In this document: positions 1 to 11,225 of the stretch, piece after piece
How the letters are laid out: every line of letters begins with the position of its first letter
Numbering within the stretch: position 1 is the stretch's first letter
Source: Felis catus
Lineage: Eukaryota
DNA: 64,000 bases
Assembly (NCBI RefSeq): GCF_018350175.1
Contig: NC_058368.1
Location: 143,284,001 to 143,348,000, forward strand
Reading direction: 5' to 3'
Notes under the pieces: model-generated
Told to the model about the DNA's origin: nothing
What the model saw: only the letters and a program-made list of their open reading frames with translations
Databases searched by the model: none
Made by a program: the position numbers and the translations under genes

Positions 1-172
1 AAAAAAAAGAAAAAGAAAAGAAAGTTACAAGTGAACTAAATAAAAATAGGATTAATAAGGATGTTTTTAAAAAGGATTAACGTCTACATAACTAATCAAA
101 ATGACATAACACATCTTGTTTTTGAGAATTACATAATCACATCTTAACATGCTACTCATAATCACTACTTTA

Positions 173-388
173 TTTTTTTTTTAATGTTTATTTATTTTTG
201 AGAAAGAGAGATAGCACACAAGGGGGGAGGGGCAGAGAGAAAGAGGGAGGGAGACACAGAATCCAAAGCAGGCTCCAGGCTCTGAGCTGTCAGCACAGAG
301 ACGGACTCAGGGCTCAAACCCACCAACTGTGAGGTCATGACTTGAGTTGATGTTGGACGTTTAACCTACTGAGCCACCCAGACATCCC
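173..388 (-). mobile_element. Can-SINE
   Basis: tRNA-like head, (GA)n and T tail on plus; 17-bp TSD TCATAATCACTACTTTA at 156-172 and 389-405. Confidence 0.95.
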
Positions 389-1384
389 TCATAATCACTA
401 CTTTAGTTCTTATAAAAACCTCAGGTCAGAGCCAAGAACATCATATACTACATCCACTCTGTTTCCCAAATAATCCCACCTCTAGTATTTGCTCCTCCCT
501 AAAATTAATTTATGCAGATTAAACTTAAAGTAACCAACCCTCACTAGTTTATACATTCCCACTAATTGCTTTGTCTAAATACTCAAGTACCATAATCTTG
601 ATTCTCCTTTTCTCAATTTCTGCCGTGCTAAATAAGTAACCATTCAAAAAGGGTTTTTTTTTCATTTTTAAAACTGTAGAATAGGATCTAATTTTTAAAA
701 AGACATTATAAAATATCTTATTTGTAAATCTAAAAAATAATATTCATTTTGGCATGCTAACACACACTGTTATCCCACATAGAGATGTTGCTACTTTTCA
801 GTCCAGAGTGGATGGCCTTCCCATCCCATTACCACCAAATCCGGAAAAGCAAAGTCCTCCTCCTCCAATTTTTTTTGGTTGTGGGGGGGAGGGGCGTTGG
901 GGAGGGTAGGCACTCAGATGAGCACTGCCAATCCGACACTGAAGCAAACTGAAGCTGGGAAGTAGGGGGGAAACTGCAGGAGTAGTTTAGGGAGACGGGA
1001 GTAGGAATGGCCTTAAATTTTTTCCAGCACTTTCAAGAGGGTAAATGCACTGGGGCCACGGGAGAGACCCTGAGAGTCCATGTGATTATACCTGCCCCTT
1101 GGACAAGAGAAAAAGGAATGAAGTCACAAGGATAAAATGAAATCAGAACAAAAAAGAATCAGTTACAAGTCTTGACTATAAGGAACAATAGGTTTAGATG
1201 GAGGGAAAAGGACATCTGAAAGAGCCAGGGTCATCTTGTCTATGTATATGTTACCTTGAAAAATACCTAACAAAAAAATGAGTTCTTTCAAATTTTAATG
1301 GGGGGGGGGGGATTATGCCATTAATATATTAAAAAATAAACCTATTCTGATGATATTTCTCATCAGAAATCTGTAAGTATATAA

Positions 1385-1517
1385 GACGAAGGATATTAAC
1401 TTAAACTTACTATGGTAATCATTGCACAGTATACATGTGTATATGTGTTGAATCATTACATTGTGGGCCTTAAAGTAATACAATGCTATATGTCAATTAT
1501 GTTTTAATAAACTGGAA
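1385..1517 (+). mobile_element. Old L1 3' end fragment
   Basis: Resembles the L1M 3' UTR terminus (GAATCATTACATTGT...TATATGTCAATTAT...AATAAA). Confidence 0.6.
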
Positions 1518-2189
1518 GGGGAAGAAACATCTATTTGCTTATAAGGCAATATCACTGACAATTCCAAATATTCTTTAATTACTTGCTTGGGGGAACATGT
1601 TCTCACTCTTCCATGCAATTTGTATGTTAGCTGGAAAGTCCTTTTTAAACTTCTACACTCAAGATTTCAAGGCCCATCTGAATGAGCAGCTCAGCAAAGA
1701 ACAAACATATCATGCCAATTCCTATATTTTTACCCCTGCACACGAAATGCCCTAATCCTGAAAAGGTCCCACTGAGACAACTGCATACAACTCATCATCA
1801 TCCCTCCTCTCCCCTCACCCTGGAATTTTCTAGGCCCTGTTCAGCCATCCATTTCCCCTACTAGCTAGGGTTCATTGCTCCAGCTTAGTGTTTCCACAGG
1901 ACCTAACAAACAAAACCAAAATTTCAATGGTTTTTAAAACTAATTTTTCATCCTACTTACCCAACCCTTCATGTAACTACTCTGCTTTAAATCCTTTAGT
2001 GCTTCCCATAGCCAAGAGCAGTGTTTTTCGAATTACCAGTTATCATCACTGGGTTGTTATATCAACTTACTGGATCTCAAATGTCATTCTTTCTTAAAAC
2101 TAGAAAATACGACAGTGCATCAAACAAAGGGCATTATTTTGTGACATTTTGTCATTTATAATATGAGCGCACTAGGTGGTGAGGTAAAA

Positions 2190-2705
2190 ATGTGTATCTT
2201 ACTATAATGGGTCAATGCCCCAAAAAACCTTGAAATACACTGGCTTTTGTTTGGTCTACAAGGCCTTCTAACCTGGCCCCTGCATAAGACTCTGGGCCTA
2301 TCTCTTACCACACTCCACAGAGCTGAGTTTGTGAAGCCAAACTTTTTTGCAGTTCCTGGTCTCAGTACTGTCAATCACACTGTTCCTTCTGCCTTGAATG
2401 CCTTCTCAATTGTCTATAAGGCACACCTGTTCTCTTTCATTATTTAATAGCTATTTACACCTCTACGATAGCTTTTTTATCCTTCCCTCAGCAGCTAATG
2501 CTACACGCACACATATTTTGTGTCCCTAAGATGCCCTACATCAGGGCCCCTTAGACATTTCACTGTACTTTCTAATTTGGCTGTCTTCCTAACTTCTAAA
2601 CTATAAACTCTCTGAGGGAAGGAGCACATTTTATTACTTTCTGTATCACCAACACTGGGCTGCCGAACATGCCACATGTTAGGGATTCACAATTAGTAAG
2701 ACGAA
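2190..2705 (+). mobile_element. Degenerate L2 LINE
   Basis: L2-like motifs CTGTTCCTTCTGCCTTGAATGCC and CTATAAACTCTCTGAGGGAAGG...CTGTATCACC. Confidence 0.55.
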
Positions 2706-3561
2706 CCAATACACAATTAAGGACGTGCATCTAACTTCTCAGATGTTAGTAATGATTGAGCGATTGCCTTTCCAGCCAAGCCCATTCATGTTGCACTGCT
2801 GGATCAGAATTTCCACGTTTTTGCCTCGGCACCCAGAGAGCAGCACCCAGTAGCCTGAGGGAGAAAGAGGGGTCAGCTTCCTCTCTAAGCCAAGAAAGGA
2901 CTCCTCGGGCTGCAATCAGCAGCACCCACTTTCAGGCTTCCAGGAAGTTATCTGGGGAAAGCCAGAGAAGATGGTTTCCAGAAGTTCCCAGAAGCAGGTG
3001 AGACAAATCAGAATAGCACTATCGGACCTTATTAGCACGGAGAATCACATTTTTATAAATAACTTTAAATGGGGCGGCGGGGAGGTTCTCTATTCCCTTG
3101 TTGATGGCACTAAGTTGTCAATATGAGCTAAGCAAAACAAAAGGTGGCATGAAATAACTTGTTGCAGTTCCTTAATTTCTATTGCTTCCTCTAATGGTTC
3201 TGAAATAGCTACTGACTCACTGCTCTCATTAGGAGATACTACTTGGAGGATGACTTGGGGGCTGGACCTAACAGGCACTCCTCACTGGAGCTTTGAAGCT
3301 TTTTCCAGACTTTATTTTACACACATGAATGCTCTACTTTTTAGGGGTCTGATGCACCTATTTCACAAACCAATTCTTCAACTGCCTTCACTGTAATTAA
3401 AAACAGTTCGGGCAGCATCCAAGATATTTTGACAGACTCTGGCAACTGTCATTTTCAGCTGTTCTTTTTCCATTTCCACAGTGGTTCACAAACTACTATT
3501 ATAGGAGCCAAGTTTGTTTTCTGCCTAATCACCCATTTTGTTTAAAACTAAAAATAATTCA

Positions 3562-3777
3562 GGGGCGCCTGGGTGGCTCAGTCAGTTGAGCATCCAACTT
3601 CGGCTCAGGTCAGGATCTCACAGTTTGTGGGTTCGAGCCCCGCATCGGGCTCTGTACTGACAGCTCAGAGCCTGGAGCCTGCTTCTGACTCTGTGTCTCC
3701 CTTTCTCTCTGTCCCTCCCCCACTCATGCTCTATCTCTCTCTGTCTCAGAAATAAACATTAAAAAAAATTTTTTTTT
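3562..3777 (+). mobile_element. Can-SINE
   Basis: GGGGCGCCTGGGTGGCTCAG head, B-box GGTTCGAGCCC, CT tract, AATAAA; TSD AAACTAAAAATA at 3545-3556 and 3778-3789. Confidence 0.95.
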
Positions 3778-4789
3778 AAACTAAAAATATTCTTTCTGCT
3801 TAAACTTTGCCCCTAGACTTGCAATTATAGCCATAATTGAGGCAAAGAAAAATTCTTATTAAAAACTAACATTCAAAAATACCTTCACCACAGTATTAAA
3901 TTTTATATACTTGTCAAAATAAGGTAATTTAGGACTACCCCAGAGAAGACTTTAAAGGCCATTTAAAACACCATTTCCTTTTGGTTTAAATAGATACAGG
4001 AGACTATACCTATTCCACAAACACTTAACGGATATTGACACCTACCACGTGTGGAAACTTCCACAAATGCCTCTTCTATGCTCTTCTCTTCTACCTGTCC
4101 ATCCTCTCTTGACAACTCAGATGGAACAGATCACTATCCATGGGAAATAATCATAGCCCTACACAGATTTTCAGAAAACTAATGCCAAAAACACTCCTTT
4201 TCCTCTCCAGTCTACTTCTAAAACTTTATTGGGAAAAGGACAAATAAATCAGTTTATAAGCAAATGTAATTACACTGAATTAGCAAAAATGTGTGTCATG
4301 TTGGGGGGGGGGGGGGCTTATTTTAATAGTTTAAATACCAGCCCGTTTGGTAGGAAGTTCATCCCAAACTTCTCTTGGTAAAAAGGTAAGCATTCATGCA
4401 GCTTAAAGATTGTGGAAAACCCGATTTTCTTCCATGATGCTACCACTCTACAGTCTAGAGAACGCAGCCTTCAACATGAAAAATTGTCACTTGATTTTTT
4501 TTTTTTTTTTGCTCTGACATGTTTTAGACACAAGAGCTGCAGATTCTCAAGGAAGCCATATTTCAAAGGTTTTAAATAGCAGTCTTTTTCTGCATTTTCT
4601 CTTATTAAAATTGGCGCATTTCATCCCAGTTTTAAATGCCATTATTTTCTAGCTGATATTTAAAACCTGCTTAGAGAGAATAATGTCTCCATCTGAAAGA
4701 TCTACTTCAAGAAACCAGCTAGTAATTAAAATACACAGGAGAAAATGAAAATAATTCATTTGTACAGACTGGAAAAAAACGTTAAAACT

Positions 4790-4920
4790 TATCATCTAAG
4801 TCCTTCATTTTACAGATAGTAAGAGTCCACAGAGGTTAAGTAATTTGCCTCAGATTACCAAGTTACGAATAGCAGTACTAAAATAGAATAAGGTATTTTA
4901 ATTGCTTAGCTCTACCTCAA
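4790..4920 (-). mobile_element. MIR fragment
   Basis: Core-like CATTTTACAGAT...CAGAGGTTAAGTAATTTGCC. Confidence 0.65.
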
Positions 4921-7347
4921 ATCATCCAAGTTATATATATTCTCATCACTTGTCACTCAAGTTTTAAAAACAATTATCACTCTCATTAATTCCTGATGAA
5001 GAAAGAACTCCCTACAACACATGTTCTACATTTTCAAACTTGTTCAAGTTAATAAACTTCAAATTCTAACTCCCAACAACAACAAAAAGTAGTACTATCT
5101 AAGAACTTTCCTCTCAAAGTTTCAAAAAATAAAGTTTAGGTGTACATACCCCTCAACTGTCACAATAAATTTTGGTCTATTCTTTCAATTCCTGTCTCTT
5201 AACTACACTTGAGCTGGGTTTATTCAACTACAGAGAGAAGGAAAATTCTCGAAGTTCCTCTTTGACAAAAAGCATGGACAATCTGTCAATGACATGACTT
5301 CATCATTACTCCATTAATATATTTCTGACTTACATTACAAAGAGTCATGTTATCAAGTTACTGTGTGAAGAGTTAACGAAAGGCTGGAAAACACACTGTT
5401 GGTTGACATTGGTACTGAAAGAAGGTGTGGATCTGACACTGTTAACATCAACTGAAAACCTGAGCTTTAGAGCAAAAAACAGAAAAAGCGAACAAGTTCT
5501 TTCAACAAAAAGATTTTTCCTTTGAAGCTCAGATCTACTAAGTGCACCGGCACTGTGGAGACCACATAGGTAAGAATTTCAGATTTTCATTTTAATGCCC
5601 CAATAAATCAATTCTACATGTTAGCTTTGGATATTCAAGGGCAAAACAGAGGGCACAGTGGAGGCAATCATTTACACTGGATCATTTTCAAGGACTAAAG
5701 TCCAACCACTCATTACTTTACCATTGTTCCTTTGTGCAACTGATTATTCTCAAAGTACTGAGAGAACGCAGTACTTTTCTCTCAAAGACCCTGGCAACAA
5801 AACCTAAGACAGTATGATTTTAATTACAAACGGATGCAGCAGGCTGACCAGTAAAAGGGCAGAAGATGCTGTCTTCTTAAATATTACTAATCGAACTCTC
5901 TTCTGGTTACAAATTATCAAAAATTTAAAAAAATTATGTATATATGTTCCCTCCTTATGGCCTCCGGGGTCACTCTATGAAAATACCTTATTAACAGGTT
6001 AACAAACCCGTATTTTTAATGTACAACCAGCTTAGCAAGGTGGCAAATTTGTTTGAAAACATAAAACACAATCACCACCATCGCTCAACAACACACATAA
6101 ACAGATTCAAAGCTACGTTAGGCACAAAAGTCCTTACCCCATTTTGCCCAATGAGAACTTGCTCTGAAGTTTCTGCTCTTCTGCTACAGAATAACTTCCA
6201 AAGGAATTTCTCCGTCTGCTATTTCGCAGTTGCTTTTCCACCCCCCGAGATCCTTTTCTGGAGGTATTTCAGTGGTGCTTGACAATTCAATTAGTTCCCT
6301 TAGGTAAAAGGATTTCTCTCTCGTAAATACCAAAACGTTCAAGCAGAGGTGGCATTTGCTTATTAGAGTTAAAATGCTGCGCGGAGGAGACAACGGTCAA
6401 CTCTATTCCACAAAATGAGTCTACGTGTCTGTCGCAAACGCAGAATCCAGCTTCACCGAGTCCTATAAAAAACGAGTTCGGTGGTCATTTCGCTCATGTC
6501 CTCCTAGACACTCGGGGAGAGCCAGGTAACTCGGCCTTTTGGTGCTACTAAGGCTGCGGGTTCAAATTTCTCCACCACACCAGTTCCCTTGGGGGTGGAG
6601 CATGTAACCCAATGCGACGTGCACTTTACAGAGATCCCTACGAGAAAATAAAAATCCTAAAAGCAGTCATGCCACTGCTTCCCTGCGCTCACGTTAGAAA
6701 AAGCTAGATAGAAAAATCTCCTCGAAGTGCAAACCCAACAGCTCGCGATGTGCACGGCACTCCACATTGGAATCTGTCTTTTAAATGTTTCCCCTCCTAA
6801 GACTCGGAGCAGAGAGGAGGTGGGGAGGAGGAAGAGAAGACTGGGCAGGATCGATTCATTCTCCCGAGGAGAATAAACGGAGCCATTTCCAGGCTGGCAG
6901 CAGGCTGGGGGCGCAGCGCACGCCGGGGAGCAGGGGGAGGGGGCCCGATCCCACCTCCCTCAGCCCCTTCCCGCCTCGCGCCGCCGAGCACAATGGAGCC
7001 CTGCTGGCGCCCGGCCCTTCATTCGCGGCTGCCCGTCTTCCCTCCTCTCTTCGGAGCACCGCAGGTCTGAGGCTGCCGGCGGCGGCGAATGAATGAATCA
7101 GAGAGCCAAGCCCCACGCTGCCCCCGGCACCCGCTCCCAGCGCGAGGGCGGGCCGAGCAGCGGCGTTGGACTGAGCTGAAGGGTCGACGGGCGGGCGGCT
7201 AATCCCGCGTCGCGGGCAGGGGAGCGGGGCTCGAAGCCGCGGGAGAGCCGCTGCTCCAGCGCCCCCACCCGCGCTCCTCGCCTCTCACGCTCCGCGCCGC
7301 CGCCACACGCCGCCTCACAGTCCCCGGGCCCGCCACCGCCTCCTCAC

Positions 7348-7919
7348 GCTTCCATCACCGCCCACCTCCGCCGGCCTCGAGCTCCCGCTCGGCAGAGCAG
7401 CGCCGGCCCGGGCGGCCTGAAGCCCGCCGCTGCCTCCGCCTCCACCGGCCGCTCGCGGAGCTGAAGGCGCTGCTTCCCGGGTCAGCGCCGCCCGCGTGAG
7501 CAGAGCGCGGCGGCGGAGCGGGCTGCGGAGGGCGGGGGAGGAGGCGGGGAGAACCGGAGGCGAGAGCGGTCCCTCCCCCCGTTCGTGGGAGGGAGCGGGA
7601 GGCGGCCACCGCCTCTGAGCCGCGGGAAGGCGTCGGGGGCCGGGGCGCTGACCCGTCCCTAGGGCCCAGCGGGGCCCTACGGGCGGCGGGAGAGGAAGCA
7701 GCAGCCGCGAAGGCGGCGGGAAGGCTGGTGGTCAGGGGCCGAGACGGCCCTCGTGGGGAGCTAGTCCGGCCTGCAGGTCCGTCAGTCCGTCCTTCCCCCC
7801 CCTCCCCTAGTGGCGGGCGGCGGGCGGACCGTGCGCTCTGCTCCTCCGCTGTCTCCTGGCCCCGCTCCCGGCCGCCACAGCCTCCTCCGCGCCCCACACC
7901 AGGTGCTCGCGCTGTGTCT
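7348..7919 (-). other. Candidate first exon (largely 5' UTR) of the minus-strand gene
   Basis: Lies between the TATA-predicted TSS and candidate donor AGC|GTGAGG (intron starts 7347). Alternative donors AG|GTGGG occur near 7365 and 6954. The boundary is not certain. Confidence 0.4.
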
Positions 7920-7941
7920 CCATCCTCCCCGCAGGAGGACC

Positions 7942-8036
7942 TTTAAATAGCAACGTCAGCGCGCTCCTCTCCGCACACACGTCACCCGCCGCTCTCGTCA
8001 CCCGGGTGCGGGGGATGATGTCACGCGGCCGGAAGT
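7942..8036 (-). promoter_or_regulatory. Core/proximal promoter motifs: TATA-like box, CRE-like half-sites, ETS site
   Basis: Minus-strand TATTTAAA at 7942-7949, an AT patch inside the island; ACGTCA half-CREs near 7953 and 7979; TGATGTCA near 8016; CCGGAAGT at 8029-8036. Predicts a minus-strand TSS near 7917-7920. Confidence 0.55.
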
Positions 8037-10264
8037 ACTGCTAAATTAGGGAAGGAGCAGGGGGAGGAGGACTCGGTGAGCAGCTCTGTGCCCACCTGCT
8101 CTCGCTTCTCCTTAAAGGCCAAAGCACAGGAGACAGCCCTAGAGGAGCTCCGAGAAGGAAGCGGCGGGAGGAGATTTCCTTGCAACAAATGTGCCAAACA
8201 CAAGTGAATCATTCGTAGCAATAGTGCCGAAGTGTCAAGCGGGTGATATCCTATCTCCCACTCCCACCTTTCGCAGCATCCCCAAGCTTCTCAAGTTTCA
8301 ACTAGCACGGAAATGTGGGAGGAGAGCCTGATCACTGGTGGTAGATGTATTTCCAACAAGACTTGGGAAAAAGCATCTTAATTTTTGAAAGAGTTATTAA
8401 ATGCCATTCTGAACATAGTAGACTTTAAAACTTTTTCCCCCCCAATTAGTGGTTACCCACATCACGAAAGAATAAAGAGCAGAACTATGAACAAGCGGTA
8501 CAGTGTTATAAAGGATGGTAATTAAGGTTGGAGGAGGGAAGGCAGTCAAATGATCTAAATGTTTTCATTTGCAGAACAGCAACATTTTGGCACAGAGTAG
8601 TGAGACAATCTTTAAAAGCTCACTCGTAATTATTGTCATATCTGTAGCAAATGCCAGTATACCCTCCCGGTTCCAGTTTATCAAGAATATGAATTCCAGT
8701 CTATGGACTTTAAAAATAAGAAAGACTACCAAATTCTTTTTAATATTAACAAAGGTTCATTCAGATTATTTTTTATTCTTTAGTTTTGGCCATGGAGTAT
8801 ATAATTACAATATCACTTAAGTATGTTGTTTTTCATTTCCTATACGACAAGGGTGAGTAGCCATTTATAGATTTACTGTTTATGTATGTTTGTGTCTATA
8901 ATAAATCATATTATGAATGCTTTTCAAATTGCAAATAGCTACAAAGTTTTAAAATGTCCTTACTTTTATTATTCGAGTATTGGGTAAACTCGAATAATGA
9001 AGTTTGATTTGGTTTAATTTGATAATCATGACCCAGATATGGAATTACTGCATAATGCCAAAGGCCATTGCTATTTCAGAGTTGGTCTATAAATTCAGTG
9101 ACCATGTTTTCCAAACTAAAATCCATACACATCATTTGACAACAGACAAAATATTTGAAATCTGAAGTGACCTGGAAAATCCAGAACATAAGATTACCAA
9201 CCTACAGTGATTATTGGGAGAGCTATAAATGGATATCCATGCATTTGTTTTAAATAAAAGGAGATAAAACTCTACACAATTTCTATCATGTATGTTTTAA
9301 GCATGTTTCAATGTTAAACTACTCACATAATTCCTAGTTAAGGAAATTGGTTTTCCAGGGTTTTGCTTTTACATTTTCTTAATCAAGTTAGAAGCTTGAT
9401 ATTAAAGGACACCAGCCAAAAAAGTTAGGACCAATTTGCAACGAAATTAGGCTTTCTGTTTATCTTCATATTATAAAATCATGATGTTATAATTTGAAAT
9501 ATTGAAAGTAGTTTTGTTAAGGTTATAACAAAGGTTAATCAAGAACAATCCCCTGCTTGCCAATTTGTCTAATATATATTATCACATTAATGGAAACTGG
9601 TACTGACTTATATTTCAGATAAATGGTAGCTTCTTATGTGTAAAATGTTAAAACAATAAAACTGTCATTCTTCAAATAATGTCCCCTTGGCACTTGCAAA
9701 TTAAAATACAAATTAAGTTATTATTCTATAAAATCTTTCCACAAACTATTTACTATCTGTACTAAATCACTTTTCTCTCTTTCCTGCTCTTTCCGTTAGT
9801 CCATGTAGATTAGAGCTCTCACTTTACCATTTTCAAACACTTCATTCTACCCTTTTAGCAGAACTTCCTCCGGTTTCCTATCTTATTCCCCCTCATCTTT
9901 ACCCAACTGTCAAAACAGCATGTCAGCTGCTTTCCTGCTTTTAGAGTGCTGACCCTTCACTAGAGATTCTACTTTTCAAAGCTACCATGGTCTCTTTCTT
10001 CTTTTGTCGACTTGAAATTCAGAGCAACTTTTTTTTCTATATAAATCTGTGCATCGTGATGTAATTACTCAGATTCTATGTGATTATTTAATGTTGGCCT
10101 CTGTCCTCAACCTAAAAAAATCTACCAATGGTTGGTCAATTTTTATTTCTAGCTGGTATGGGGTTAGTATATTGAGGAATACATATGTTTGTGTATTCAA
10201 AGGAATAAGTAAAACATTTTATGTATCAGAAAAAGTATCTGATCAGAAAAAAATAAAAGTACTT

Positions 10265-10885
10265 GGGAATGCAAGCTGATGCAGCCACTCTGGAAAACAG
10301 TATGGAGGTTCCTCAAAAAACGAAAAATAGAACTACCCTACAACCCAGCAATTGCACTACTAGGCATTTATCCAAGGGATAGAGGTGTGCTGCTTCAAAG
10401 GGACACATGCACCCCCATGTTTATAGCAGCACTATTAACAATAGCCAAAGTATGGAAAGAGCCCAAACGTCCATCGATGGATGACTGGATAAGCAAGATG
10501 TGGTATATATATATACAATGGAGTAGTACTCGGCAATCAAAAAGAACGAAATTTTGCCATTTGCAACTAACGTGGATGGAAATGGAGGGTATTATGCTAA
10601 GTGAAATTAGTCAGAGAAAGACAAATATCATATGACTTCACTCATATGAGGACTTTAAGAGACAAAACAGATGAACATAAGGGAAGGGAAACAAAAATAA
10701 TATGAAAACAGGGAGGGGGACAAAGTATAAGAGACTTATAAATATAGAGAACAGATAGTTACTGGAGGGGATGTGGGTAAGGGGCATTAAGGAATCTACT
10801 CCTGAAATCATTGTTGCACTATATGCTCACTAATTTAGATGTAAATTTAAAAAATAAAATTTAAAAAAAATAATTAAAAATAGAT
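10265..10885 (+). mobile_element. 5'-truncated L1 (ORF2 C-terminus, 3' UTR, poly(A))
   Basis: ORF 10279-10635 reads QPLWKTVWRFLKK..IELPYNPAIALLGIYP (L1 ORF2); A-rich tail; 14-bp TSD AAATAAAAGTACTT at 10251-10264 and 10886-10899. Confidence 0.95.
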
Positions 10886-10984
10886 AAATAAAAGTACTTT
10901 TCTGCTCCCTTGAAACAATTTCAACACAATTTTGAGAAGAGTCAGAGAACCATTCTATGGCTTTCCATGTAAAATAAATCATCT

Positions 10985-11136
10985 GGCAGGCCTCAGTCAG
11001 TTAAGCATCTGAGTTCAGCTCAGGTCATGATATGGCAGCTCGTGGGTTCGAGGCCTGAGTTGGGTACTGAGCTGACAGCCTGGAGCATGCTTCGAATGCT
11101 GTGTCTACCTCTCTCTCTCTGCTCCTCCCCCATTTG

Positions 11137-11171
<35 letters not shown>

Positions 11172-11225
11172 CCCCTCTCTCTCTCTCTTTCAAAAATGTA
11201 TAAACATTAAAAAAAATTTTTAAAT
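10985..11225 (+). mobile_element. Can-SINE with degenerate head
   Basis: CTCAGTCAGTTAAG, B-box, long (CT)n, A/T tail. Confidence 0.9.

Larger units (their letters stand above)
1..7347 (-). other. Probable first intron of the minus-strand gene (continues beyond the window start)
   Basis: Downstream of the island on the minus strand; lower repeat density than the right side; plus strand looks A/C-rich (T/G-rich sense strand); no supported coding exon. Confidence 0.5.
6400..8100. promoter_or_regulatory. CpG island / promoter of an unidentified gene (core about 6890-8035)
   Basis: Abrupt rise in GC and CpG density (GCCGCC, GGCGGC, CGCG runs) against an AT-rich, CpG-poor background; many GC-box-like motifs; no interspersed repeats inside. 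Confidence 0.93.

Noticed and set aside
6138..6183. Possible 46-nt minus-strand exon (TTCTGTAG acceptor, GGG|GTAAGG donor)
   Set aside because: Weak pyrimidine tract; such site pairs are common by chance in introns.
6785..8001. Overlapping ORFs in the CpG island, including the 180-aa ORF at 7355-7897 (minus)
   Set aside because: Low-complexity G/A/R/P-rich translations on both strands, several with non-ATG starts; expected from stop-codon scarcity in GC-rich DNA; no recognisable domain.
6400..8100. Assigning a gene symbol to the island
   Set aside because: No recognisable coding sequence in the window; any name would be a guess. A BLASTN of the island would settle it.
10279..10635. 118-aa ORF as a host gene
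   Set aside because: L1 ORF2 C-terminal remnant with a frameshift.
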